Assembly (NCBI GenBank): GCA_905331295.1
Contig: CAJNYD010000005.1
Location: forward strand, 310,001-374,000
Direction: 5' to 3'
DNA length: 64,000 nt
Origin: Rotaria socialis
Taxonomy: Eukaryota
The notes under the pieces are model-generated. The model worked only from the letters and a program-made list of their open reading frames with translations, was not told the origin of the DNA and did not search any database. The translations under genes and the position numbers were made by a program. Positions 37,975 to 51,680 of this stretch are shown piece after piece. Numbering within the stretch: position 1 is the first letter of the stretch; each line of letters starts with the position of its first letter.

Positions 37975-40900
37975 TTAATTAGATAAAATGCAGTGATTTT
38001 AATTACTTTTTCTTTGTCTTGTTTTAATAACAAATCGTCATTTAATTGAAATGAAATTAGACAAATCCAATATACATTTTTTGACAAAATACAAAGTATT
38101 TCAGTGAATTTTTACAGATTATTACTAAAGCTTTATTGGATTTTAAACGTTGTTTTAATGCAATATTCATTTAATATTTCGATTTTATTTCTTAGATAAA
38201 TAATCGATGATCACTTTGAATAGAATTGATTGATTCGACCTTTAAATAGACAAGTAGAATATTATTTTCTATCTAAATGATACATCAGACGTTGTTTGTG
38301 ATCTAAAAACTAAAACTGACTTTATATTAGACTGTAAAAAATCAAAATATTTTTTGCATACTCATCTAATTTCAATGATGAAATGCTGGAATTTATTATG
38401 CCATTGCTTTTTGAATGCATTATATATTTGAAAACAAGCATTTACAACACGTATCATTAGCTTTTGTATCGGAAATCTTCAGATTGAAAATAAATAATGT
38501 TTAGAAAAAAATTAGATTTTAATTCTTCTTTAGAAAAGAATTGCTTTACAGGTATGTGTAAACAATTTATTTTTAGTCGTATGGAACATATAGTAAATAC
38601 AATTTATCTTCATACTCCATTTCAACAAAGTAATGATTGAAGAGAAACTTGATAAATGATTTGTAATTCTATACGTTTATTCTTGTATGTTGTCTCGACA
38701 TAGCACATGATAATCAATGAAGATGCTATGTTCATTTATATAATAATACATAGATTTATATTTTGACACGATTATGTCCCAAATAGGATTCAAAAATATT
38801 CAAAAAACACATTCAAACAGATACGTTTATCACGAGTTCATATCAATAATGTTTACATTATTACGTTCTATTCAATTTTTGTTCATCAGTATTTCTCTCA
38901 GCAATCTGAAATATAACAATGAATAGACAAACAAAAATAATATTTTTTCAAAGAACTTTTTGATCTCATATTATAATAAGTTGTCTAATTATTTTGCTAA
39001 ACAAGAAGGAACAATAGATCGTTCACGTGAATTTTCTTCAAAGACTTACTGAGAAATTGTCATAAATGAATATGTACATCGCATTCAAGTAAAATAAAAA
39101 CAGTTGATAGACTTCATATTAATCATTGTTTTGAATAAGACATTTACAATAGGTCAACAATGATTTTTTAAAATAAAAATGAATAAGAAAAGAAACATTG
39201 TTGAGAAAGAAAAGACGCACCAAGTAACTTTTCATGTTAGTGAAGAAATAAAATGGTATTAAGACAAAAACACGCTAGTAAATTAGATAAATAGTCAGTT
39301 GTTTGTGGTTTGTGATTATCCAGTTGCTTCATTAATATCAAATCATTATTTTGGATATTAGCGATAGTATTGAGATGGTAAATAGAAAAGTTGACCGTAT
39401 GATGTCGTTTAAAGTTTAATCGAATTCAAAACATGTTATATGTATATGCATATTCATTTATTGTTATTCGATAGAAAAAGTCCAGCTGAACAACACAGTC
39501 ATGATAATGGCAGTTTGAAGATATTGTTGCTTTGACTCATGCATAGATTACTACATTCTGTATGACATTTTCTGAATGCCATTCAGTGATTCAACGGTAG
39601 AATGATCTAATCTTTTTGTTTTAGTAAATGATATTTTTATTGAAGCAAAAGAAAATAGAATGAATGAATTTAACTCACATATTCTAATAGAGAAATATTT
39701 TGTTGTAGTTCAGTTCATAGTATATCGTTTGATAGGACTTATTTGAATGTAATTAAATGTTATCTATTTTATGAAATAAAAACTAGATCATGGGTAAATC
39801 GAGCACATTGAAAAACTCAAGATTTGTCTTTCATTTTCCTTTTTTTTTAATAAATATCTTTTTATAAGTTCTCAAATGATAGCACGTTTTTATTTATTTA
39901 TCTAGCTCCTGGCTTTATTTATTTGAAATGCTTAATTGAATCATTGAATTTTTTCGAATTATTTCAATATACATGATTGAAAAACAAATCTATCAGCTAT
40001 CTTCTCTTTGAATAGGCTGATATATTTGTCATCGTGTTTACAAAGACTTTTAGAATAGTAATCCGATATTTTATATATCGATCAATATATAAGTATTCGT
40101 TGGAATTGATTATCGGTAAAATTCCATGAAAAGTAAATTCTGGTTAAAAGTTCCAAAATATTAATTATTTTCAAGATGAATAATTCTTTGCAAATGCTCT
40201 TCCTCATGTCAGATTCAATCTCTGTTTTTTTTTCTCCTTCATAATTTCAAATGAACTTTTTACTGCAGAAAAATACATCAACGTCTGTAACAACTTTTTA
40301 AAAGAAATGTTTCGCTCATGTAGTTAATGCTTGACGTTTTTATTCTTCATGTGACGTTCACACATTTTGATTGTTTATTTCTACATATTATGGTTATGAG
40401 TGCTGATAAGACGTTTTTAGTCTTATTCTTTCCCTTGTTGCGCATTGTATTCTGCAAACAAACAGTTGGAGGAGAGAAGTGATAAAAGAGAAAAAAAAAG
40501 GAAGGGTAATAGAACCGAGTAGTTATACGTAGTAGTGCATGCGCTATACAACTACCGCCAATCGATCACCATCACGTCTCGAGAAGAAAAAGAAAAAAAG
40601 AAAAAGACCATGTATTATATAATTATACATAGCCACCACTCTCTTTCTTCTCTTCAATCCTCAGTAGCATACCAATGAGCAAAGAAAAAAAGAAGAGAAC
40701 TGATAGAAAAAAAATTATGAAGTATAGGAAAAGAAGACTCTTGTTATTCATCATACTCTTTACGAATTGATAGAAAAATAACATAGAAGAATAAGATAGA
40801 TCAACAGTTCAAACGTCAATGAATTGTAAAAATCATTGGCATAATGTCTTTATACATTTGATTGGAACTTGAAGGCATCATTATTCGTATCGTCAAATCA

Positions 40901-41100
40901 ATAGAGATGTGTATGTTTCGTTGAAGGACATTCTATGACAAGCAAGAGAACGAACACATGCACACAAACACACACACGTACACCTATTACTAACTGGTAA
41001 CTTCTATTCAGTCGAACATTATATTGACATTTTTATTCGAATTTATTGTAAAATTTGTTTTTAAGAATAAGATCTTTCGATAGATATTTATTTTAGATCC

Positions 41101-42514
41101 ATGGCTGACATAATATTAAAATTAAGTCGTAGTCTTATTAAAGTCGATACAAATAAAGATTTTTTATCAGATCAAATTCATTATCAAATAACACTTACTG
41201 TTTTAATTATATCAGCCATAGCTTCAACAAGTCTTCAATATTATGCTGATCCAATTCATTGTATTCAACCAGCTCAATTCACTGACGGTTATACATCATT
41301 CGCTCGTACTTTATGTTGGTTAAATAATACATATTTCTATCCACAAACTTATACAAGAATACCAATGAATAAAAATGAACGTTTACAGCATACACTTCGT
41401 TATTATCAATGGTTACCATTTGTCTATTTGATTCAAGCTTTTTTCTTCTTATTACCACATTTAATTTGGATTAGTTTTTATAAACGAAATGGTTTAAATC
41501 CAGGATTGATGGTTAATCAAGGAAAAAAATTCAATGATAAACCTGAAATATATCATCGAATTGCAAAAGAAATTGAACGTTATTTAATGTGTAGACAATT
41601 AGCACAGTGTAAAAAAAAATTATTATTGCGTCATAATGTTAATGAAAATTATGACAATTCTTCTTCGCCACTTCTTCTACCAAATATTTCATTTCGTATT
41701 CGATATCATACCTATTATCTTGTAACGCTTTATCTTCTCGTTAAATTTATTTATATTATTAATATTATTCTACAAGTATTTATATTAAATATTATTTTAT
41801 CGACAGGAAACTATCGATTTTTTCGTTTCGGTTTTGATACTTTGACATATGTATTTCGTTCATCATTACGCGAACGTATAGGTGAATTGTCACATCAACA
41901 TCAACAATTATTTCCATTTGTTACTTTATGTGATTTTCACATACGAGAATTAGGTCAAGATCATTACTATACCATTGAAGTATGTATTAAGAAGTACATT
42001 AAATTTTCTACAAATATTATGTTTTGTTTTTATTTTCTTCTTTTAGTGTATATTATTAATAAATATATTCTATGAAAAGATTTATTTTGCTATGTGGATT
42101 TGGTTTGTTATACTTTTTCTAATATCAATTATTTCATTGATTTATTCGTTTTATATTTATGTTCCATTTTTTGCTCGTTACCGTTTTATTAATAAATTTA
42201 TTCGTTGTATTAAGAGTAAAAAGCAACAAACATTTTCACCTTATACACCAATATCACCGACTTCAACAAATATTACAACAACAGATGCTGAACCACAAAA
42301 CAATATTTTAAATGATGTCAGTCGTCAGAAAGGTTTTGTTCAATGGTTACAACGTGATGGAGTTTTTCTTCTTCATTTACTTAATACACATGCAGGTGAA
42401 CGATTAACTATAAAATGTGTTGAAGATTTATTAGCAATTTGGATTAATAATTATGAGGAGAAATCAAAGCTTGCTGATCGATTACTTAAAAACGAATTTC
42501 AGTTTTCACAATAA
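41101..42514 (+). CDS. Innexin (gap-junction protein), 2 exons (41101-41979, 42047-42514), ~448 aa
   Basis: DFLSDQIHYQIT, QYYADPIHCIQPAQFT..ARTLCWLNNTY, signature YYQWLPF..QAFFFLLPHLIW, FPFVTLCDFHIRELG..ECILLINIFYEKIYFAMWIWF, WLQRDGVFLL. Four TM segments and two Cys per extracellular loop. Confidence 0.95.
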
Positions 42515-45500
42515 TAAATATGATCATTGTTCTTCATTTCTTTTTTTTCTTTTCTTTTTTGTTGATTATTCTCTTCTGTACAACATTGACATTGAGTGAT
42601 AGACAAATTTTTCAAGTAAATAACTGAATTCATGCTAATATAAAACATAGACGAGATGATCTTCATTTCTGTAGAAACCGTACTGTTAACTCATTTAAAA
42701 GACTCATTGGTTCATTTTATGACATAAGAATTGCAATGAAATTCATTCTTTTCAAATGGTTCTTTTCGAAATATTATCAAAACTAAACTATATAGCTAAT
42801 AGAAAATCCTATAGCTTGTGTTCCAAGTAATAATAAATAAATTAAAGAGTTTTCTGAATAATTCAAGGGCATCATTACGTATGAACAACGATGGTACATC
42901 AGATGGGAAAATGTTTTTTCTTTATGACAGATACAATCCGGTTAGAAATTTTATTTTTCATGGTCTTTCTATGCATAACTGTAGGACGCATAAATATATA
43001 AATCTGATTTGTTTAAAGAGCAAAGTGTCTTAGGAAAATATATAAATATATGAAAACTAAATAAAAAAGTAGGTATTACCTTAACATAAATATAAAGAAA
43101 AAAGATTTTATTGTATTGATATTTAAAGTATATTGTGAAGAATTTTAGTTCAAAAACCGTCCTAAAAGGGTTTGAAATTGAACTTTTTTTATTTACTATT
43201 CGCCTCAATTATCTCTAGATCAAATGTGAATACTATTTTGTTTTTCTTATAATTTCTTTCGAAAGAGATGCAATAGTGTGCTACTGACAGAAATGTATTT
43301 CGTTGATTGATATTGTTTGAATAGTTCTACTCAGTTGATGAAAATCATAGTTCAAATCACGTTGAATCTACAATTTTCACGAATAATATTCTTTTTAAAT
43401 GTTAGATTTTAATTTTTCAACACACGTAAATACCTAATAGAAAGGAAATCATAGTATTTTTGTAAGAGCAGTTATCAAATAGTTAACTATTCTTTGTGTG
43501 TACTTTTTTTATTTTTACTTTGCCGAATCTATAGAATTAATGCTCGACGGCCTATTTGTGTGTACAATTGCAACAACGTTGTTCAACACAGTATGCTAGC
43601 AATTTTCGACAAAACGACATAATCGAAAAAGATAATTGATCAACTTCAAAGAAGTATGATGCACATGTGTTTAATATTTTAGCTATTTAAACACGTCATA
43701 AGAAATAATGTGTTTGCTAATTGATAATAGATTCCGAATAATGACATTTAACAATAACGTTTCACATAGTTAGCTCCTAGCGAAAAAAAAAGAGTAAGAA
43801 AATAAGTTATTAAAGATCCTAAACATTATTCTTGATCATAATCAATGTCAATAGGATTTTGCACTTACTTCGACGCATATTCAGAACGAAATGTAGATAA
43901 GCTTCGTATAATTCCACAAGGAAGATTGTGTTGAACCTATCCACATATGGTTTTCTGTATCTGCTCGATTGGTTAATACATCATCGGATGGTTTGCTCAC
44001 GTAACGACTCTTATCTAATATTTAGTTGTCGTTCAAGATAAAACCATTGATTCTAATTATCCTATTTCTCGTCCTCAATTTACACGGTATGGTTCTGGAT
44101 TTTATTCTTTTCTCATATAATGAGGAGAATCACAATCAGCAATATTTTTCAGAAAAAGGCGATAACAACAATAACTAATATGCTTTTTCTTATGTCACAT
44201 TAAACTGATGGTATTATTATTGTCATCATTTTTATAAAATATGCGTTTTACTGATGTCTTCTATCTCATCCAAATAGTTACAAAAAAAATCCGCACTTTA
44301 GGAAAGTTCATATTCATTAAAAATTAGAGCAATCGTATAGGTTAACTATATAAATTATGTGATAAAAAATCGACAAAATTTGAATCATTTCAAAAATTCT
44401 TTTCGAAACGTGAATTGCATTTTTTCTCGATAGTTCACCAATAAATTTTTGTAACAAACTTTCCATGTTCGTATTTCAGTATCTATTATCAAAGTAGCAT
44501 CTGTTTTAGATGTATTATGCATTTTTTCCCCTCAAATTATAGTCATACGGTCAAAGAAACATAAATTAACTGTATCGTGAAGTAATACGTGCTGGAAACT
44601 ATTAAAGTATTTTTCGACTCAGTCAGCATAGCACGATATTCTGTCTGATTCTACAATTATCTAAACAATTGTTTTTCGGAGTTGTCAAGTAAAAATAACA
44701 TTCTTTTGATATATTGACTGTTTTTACTTGAACTTGAGAACAACACATCAGTATTTAAACTGAAATTCAAAAGTGTCTGTAGCGCTTATATTTGCTTGCA
44801 ATAAGAAACAATATCTTTTTAAATATTTTCAATGTCTTTTAGAATAATAATCCAGTATTCTTGTGAACAAAAGGCATGTTAAGTATTAAAATTTATTCAA
44901 ATACTTCAAGATTCAACAAGATTTTTTTATATTTTCAACTAAGGTCATGAAAAATAAGAGATGTTATATTTAGAAATATTTTATGTTTAAATACATATGA
45001 AGACTCTCGAAATTACTATTAGAACACATATTTTCATCCTCAATGTAATAGCATCAAGGTAAACATTCGAGGTGGTCTCAGATATATACGAGAGAAATCA
45101 TTGAGTAACATTGTCTATATAACTAAATAAATTCTATTGATGATTACCAATTGCAATAAAGTAACAATCGGGAGTGATTTGCAGAACATGGATCTCAATT
45201 GACGAAGATTCTATTAATTCATTGTAGAAAACCGAATGAAAATCATCGCCTGTAGATATTGATCATAATTGTCAAGAAGCTGTAATAATGAAAACAAATG
45301 ATATATAGGTACTTTTCGAAGCTCACGAGAGCTATTCAGCTTAAGAGACAAAAGTTTATTATATTTACACATTCAGAAAAAACATCAAGTACATTTTGGC
45401 GTACTTTATTTATGGTACAAAAGTTTTTTTCGCACTTGAGTAGGCCTAGAAGTCCCATCTTTGTTAGTGATATGCATCTCCGATAATTTCATCCAAACGG

Positions 45501-46897
45501 ACAGGAAAAAACCTACAGGTAGGAGAAAAAATATTTTAGACACCAAACTTTTATATTTAATTTGAAAATTGATTGCTAATAAGCCTTTGAAATAAAGATA
45601 TGACTGACGAATAATACTGAATAATTACATCTGTGACAGATACATTCAATGAGAGAAAATATATTTACTAAAATTATCTTATAGAAATAACTCAACGACT
45701 TTGCTTACCGGCATAGTATTCATATAATTACAATAGTATTGAAATCAGGCTTTAAAACCAGCAGACATATTATGCACAGCTTTTCTCAAACAGTAGAAAG
45801 ATGTTGTATCTTCGCTTTCATAGTGTATGTTTTAGAGTTAGGAAAATAAGCTATTTCGTTGTGATTGATGCGTCTGATTGTTGAAGATACCTATGACCAT
45901 CAGGATAAAGTATCAACTCGGAAATCAAACTTATTGATAAAATTGTTATCGTGCCACCTTTTCAAAGCTAAAACATGAAACGCAAACGGTTAATTGTTAT
46001 TAATCAGATGCAAATTATTTTATTCGATCGATTTAAGGACACTTTCCATTGGCATTCTCTTGCTTAATTGTCTAGAAATTCAATGAAACACTGATTCTAG
46101 TTCATATATCAATAACATATACAGCAGTCTGTGACACGAATATAAACGTCTATCATCATCTATCAACGACAGGAGATTCATATGTGTACCTTTTGATTCA
46201 ACACCACTTCTAGATCGTTTTCCATAAAAAGTAATGAAAGGTATGTGGAATAATTAAGAGTTGAAGCGACGACTATTATCGTTCACACGAACTGATGATT
46301 ATATTATATATATATATTATCTTCTACCTTTCAAAGTTTAATTGCTATGAAATCTAGCTATGAAAACAATATTATGTAAATTAAAAACGACATTTAAAAT
46401 AATCTATGGAGAAAATCACAAAGATTGACAAGACAGATTTTATTTTTCAGCAAAACGACAATGCTAATTTCAAATGTATATACATTATCCAAGACAACAG
46501 CTATTGAAAAAAACGTACATCGATAAGACTGAAAAGATCGCCATAAAGCAATACCAATTTTATAAACCTGATAATCATCGATGTTCTCTCGAACAACTCC
46601 ATAAAACAAAAGAAACAAAAATAAGAGATAACAAATACTTAACATTATACGAATACTACATTTCTTTTTTTTATGATACAAATCAATGCAATAAATGATA
46701 AAATTTCGTACTTCATTTAAATAGTAGAAATTCAGTATGTCAAAGTCAGAATATTATTTTAGCTACTTAGTTGACCACAAACTTTTGAATCAGGTAATTT
46801 GTTTGATTCAATATCTATCGTATTTTGACATTTACTAGTATATTTAATCACTATCTAGAAGTTAATATTTATCTTCTTCTAAATAATAATCTTATCA

Positions 46898-48181
46898 ATG
46901 GCCGATGACGAAGAAAATGATCCAACAGCACCATTTAATGAATTAGAAGCATTTGATTCTCTTTGGGAAGCTTTAACATGGAAACAAATTAAAAAACGTG
47001 TTCCTATATGTGCTCAAAAAACACTTTACAATCGATACTTTTTAGCTAATCTTGTTTATCTTGTAAGTAAATAGTTCAAGTAAATTTTACCTTTATTCTT
47101 AAAAACTCCTATTCAGATCTATGCAATTGGTATTCTCTTAATCGATTTTTATCCAAGATCCTATCCTGACGAAGGATCAGAGAACGAAACCTGCACTAAT
47201 TATTCTAGTGAATACACTTATGATGAAAATTGTACTGAGCCGGAACGCGAATTTAGTTTGGAAAATAGACTGTATATTGGTGAGTAATAATAATGAAAAT
47301 ATGAAAACAATATTCATCATTCAAAATTTAATCTATGTTCAAGGCTTAGGAGTAATACATCTGGTTTCTGCTACATTGTATTGGTGGGCATGGAGAGGTA
47401 ATCAGATGATGCTTTCTTGTTCATTGCTTTGATGTCTTCGTAAAATAGATCATCGCTGGAATGATGTTATTATGATACCGGAATATTTAAATCATATTGA
47501 AGCAGCTTTATATTTATGGAGTGCTATATGGTATGTAAGAGAAGAAACATGCGGTTTGTATGGTTATGGTTACTATACTACAAGAATTCATATAATTGAA
47601 ACTGTAGCAGCATTTGTTGAATTATTTGCATCATTTGGATGGTGAGTTGAGTTTGAACAAGGGATAAGACAATGTTTTTTTTTAATTTTTTTTTTGAACT
47701 TAGGATCATGTCTTGGTATCGAACATATACACGTGCCATTTGCCGTGGTTTTACATTTGATGATCCTGATACAGTTGCATATACATTGACAACATTAAGT
47801 TCATTTATTTACATAACCTACAACATTCAAATATTACAAAATCCAGAATTGTATGAGTTGAACGGCATTTATACTAATGGTGACATTATTTATTCTGTTG
47901 GCGCTTTTTTTTATCTATGGGCAAATTTGCGTGACGATGGTTGGCTATGGTGGTTACCTGTTGGTGGACAGTATGGACTTGCAGCAGGAAGAATTCAAAT
48001 TGGAAAACCTGTTAAAGTTGGTTTACCTCATCTATTAATTGGTGGAGGTGACCCATGTGCAAACTGTTGTCGTTCACCTTTTAAAAATAATTTAGTCATA
48101 GTAAATAATGATGTAGTACCTCTAGATGAAAAACAAAATGCAACCAACAATAATACCAAAGATGCTGTAAATCGCGTATAA
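46898..48181 (+). CDS. Uncharacterised multi-pass (about 6 TM) membrane protein, 5 exons (46898-47062, 47117-47279, 47344-47397, 47449-47641, 47704-48181), ~350 aa
   Basis: Four GT-AG introns give an open frame MADDEENDPT..YFLANLVYLIYAIGILLI..GVIHLVSATLYWWAW..IPEYLNHIEAALYLWSA..VELFASFGWIMSW..RGFTFDDPD..GDIIYSVGAFFYLWANLRDDGW. Alternating hydrophobic segments and an NETC/NYS sequon-bearing loop. Confidence 0.85.
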
Positions 48182-51100
48182 TTTGATTCTTTTGTTTTCT
48201 AAATATTCTTAGAATTTTTAAGTAGTTTTTTTTTATGACGATTAGTGTATATGAAAGTATTTATCTTAAATAAAATATTAAATTAAAGGTATTTCATGCA
48301 ATAGAAATTAAAGAGCATTTTTATTCCGAAAATATCGAAGTCAGCAGATACATTAAACACGACTTCAAAAATACATTTTACATTAAAAGTTTATGTCATT
48401 GAAGATATTCTGATAAAATAAAAAATTTCACTAGTAAACCAGTGAGTTTCTCTTAGAGTAGAGTCGACTCAAATATTTAAACTTTTAAATTGATAAATAT
48501 TGGAAAATCACTAACGTTTAATTATTTCATTTTTTTTAGAATACGTAAATTCATGAGATGAAAATGTTAAAAAAATAATGGAAGTATTGCAATAATTCTT
48601 TGCTATGAAATGTCTTGTATGAACTAAAAGTTTATTATGACGATGTACGATCAGTTCTGGTCGCCGTAATGCTCGACCTGTGTATCTTTGTTCACATATT
48701 GTTCTGAGAAAAAAGACTTTATATTTATTAATATGAAATCACATATCACTCAATTGTGAGCTTTTATACTTTTAGCTGTACTGGTTGTTGTTTATGAAAC
48801 ACAAAAATCAAGTTCGTATAGAAATCTACAAAAATCAACGAAACATTAGTAGCTACATATGTAGACTATGGCCGATAAATAAAAGAAATGTGACACACAG
48901 CTGTGTTCTAGAATGATATTGGCTTCTATTAGTACTGTACATATTCATCGGTTTAATCAACCATTTTCTTCATAGTCTATGACTGGAGAGTCTGATGAGC
49001 TATCGAGTTGACTATACATTCTATCGTCGATTTTTTGAACTCGATGAAACTCAAAATGATTGGGTCCAGCTTTTTCAAAAAATCAATCTGTTTTTTCTCA
49101 TGTTAAGCAGCTTTCGAACGAGATCACGGTGGCCTTTTTCTATGTTAATACCAGGCCGTTTTGTTGAGACATACATCAAACGAGATTCATCTATAACCTA
49201 TTGGACAACCAGAATGCACTGCAAACCTTCATATTTCTTTTAAAAGACAATATTAGGTAGATGAATTCAATAAAGTTCTTTTTTTAGATTTGGAAGGTTT
49301 GATTGAATGAAAAAGGTGGCAAATTGTTGAGTTGTTGTTTTTCAATACTGGACTTATCATCTTTTTCTTTCAATCAAAAAGTAAGAATTTATAAGAAAAG
49401 AAGTGCTGTCAAATCCTTCCATCCGACATTCTATTTGAAAATATAATCTATAGAATGAAGACTTACCAAGAATTTTGGACTACTCAATAAGCCATATTAA
49501 ACAATGGTTTGATAAATATCTGATGAAAAAATTATGATATAAAGCAAAAAGTTTCACTATAGTCTGTTTACAACAATCTAAACATATCAAGCGATTTGAA
49601 TTATCACGCCCAGAAATCAATTTTTAACCAGATTCAATTTTCATGACGGAAAATGTCTGCAATTTTTAGACTAGTATCGTGATACCTAGAAAGCTTAAGG
49701 TCGCATTAACTTGAAATTTTCATGTTTATTACATTAAAAATAACAGGGAACTGAACAGTAGAGCACTGCCAAATAACATGTGTCCCAGAGAATAATTGAA
49801 CCTCGCAGTACTGAACCAATATCTTTGTCAATTTTCATCATTCAGACTTAGTTTCTTTTTAGTAAAATACTTCTCATTCAATTCTCGACAAAACTGTATA
49901 AAACGTTTTAACGTAAAAATGAATCGTGAAAATTCTACGCTACAAATTATAAGACATCAAAATGACCGATTCCGTAAATCTGTTTTGTCAGTTTGCAGTA
50001 TCCTCGCTGCCAGTGTGAGATGTGTAAGATACAAACAAACCAAATGAGTCATTGTATAGCTCTCGAAAAGTTCTTTCTCGATGGGAATTAAAAATTCCTT
50101 TCGAAGCTTTAACTCTCGTGTAGCCAACCTTTTTCTTTTCCATATATTTCGAATTTTTTCGCTCGAATTCGGCGTTAGCTGGGAAAACGCCTGCACCTAT
50201 GTCCTAAACTAACTTATTATGATAAAATGCTGTTGCTGCTTTGAAAGTAAATGATTAGCTTACCAGGCCTACGCAACGGTCTGGTGTTTATTGTATGTTT
50301 TGTAGAAAACATATGGGGCGAGAACACGAATTTCGATGATTCCACATCGTTTCGTAAGAAATATCGTCATTTGTACATTGCTATCCTTTTTAAACGACCT
50401 TCACCAAAGGTCACAAGAAGACATTTGAGAATATTGAAAAAGTATAAAATGAACATAACTCGGTGCCTGTCTAATTAGAGGCAAGATATGATTCATTTTT
50501 AGAAAAAAATTCTGTTACAAAAACTATCATTTTGGTGTCTTATAGTCTCTAACGTAGAATTTTTCACGACTCCTTTTTATATTCAATCGTTTTCCATAGT
50601 TTTATTGAGAATTGAATGAAGAATATTGTGGTAAAAAAAATAAAACCTGTGTGGCGACAATTGAGAGATTCATTTATTTTCGGATATCCGCTACTTTGTA
50701 ATTAACAATTTTCTATTATTCGGAGTCCAAAGTTCCATAGGAAATAATCTTTGTTGAAATGGCATCTTCAACATAATAATATCAAGAAAATATTGTTCAA
50801 GAATGATCAATTACTAGATAATTTTATTAGTAAATCAATAACAGATGTAATATCTTTATTTTTGGATTATTATCATTGATATAAAAATTTCTTTTTTCAT
50901 TACTTTGAGAGATTTTAAGTAAAGTTATTTAAAGAAATATTGAATGTAAATATTATTTCTAGTTCAATGTATAAAAGAAATTTTTGTCGAACATTCCATT
51001 AGAGTTATATGGAATATTTTGAATATTGATGATAAACAGAATACAATTATCAGTTAGGTGTCATGCTAAAATGTATACAACATATCAGTCATATTTCCAC

Positions 51101-51318
51101 ACCATTCTTGACTATGATTGATAACTTCAAAATAAATAGACTTGGATCTGCTTTACATCAGTTAATTACAGTATCATTAAAAATTAATTATTCTTACTCA
51201 ACTTATAATAAACTGAATCATGAACCATCTGACTTGACGTTCATTGATTATATTTGTAAAATAAAATCTGAATGAATATTGTCAATTATCTTTGATCGCT
51301 CTCCCGTCTTATAGCAGA

Positions 51319-51320
<2 letters not shown>

Positions 51321-51360
<40 letters not shown>
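51321..51360. repeat. (AAT)n microsatellite in probable kinase 3' UTR
   Basis: About 13 tandem AAT units. This explains the poly-N and poly-I spurious ORFs. Confidence 0.95.
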
Positions 51361-51362
<2 letters not shown>

Positions 51363-51680
51363 AAAGATAAAAAAAAAGAATCCGAACAAAGAAAAAAGAA
51401 TAATGTACACAGAAGAAGACAAGTATTACATCCATACGCTCTATTCTCTGGGCGAACAAATTGAATTGATCCACAGGTAACAACAGCGAGAAAATAAAAA
51501 AATAAAAATGAACAAACAATAAGAATACAGCCGTTATCATATACTGATGTTGAGGATGTTCAAGTGTAATACAATAAGCAATTTGTGAAAGACGCGCGAC
51601 TGAAAAAAGAAAAGCAGAAGAGGATCTATGTGCGAATAATTGATACTTTCAAACAATGAATATAGCGGTGTCGTACATAT

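Noticed and set aside
43860..44170. Coding-like fragments with splice-like sites
   Set aside because: Multiple stops and no recognisable family; cannot be told apart from intergenic DNA without a search.
51286..51540. Poly-Ile and poly-Asn ORFs
   Set aside because: Artefacts of the (AAT)n microsatellite.
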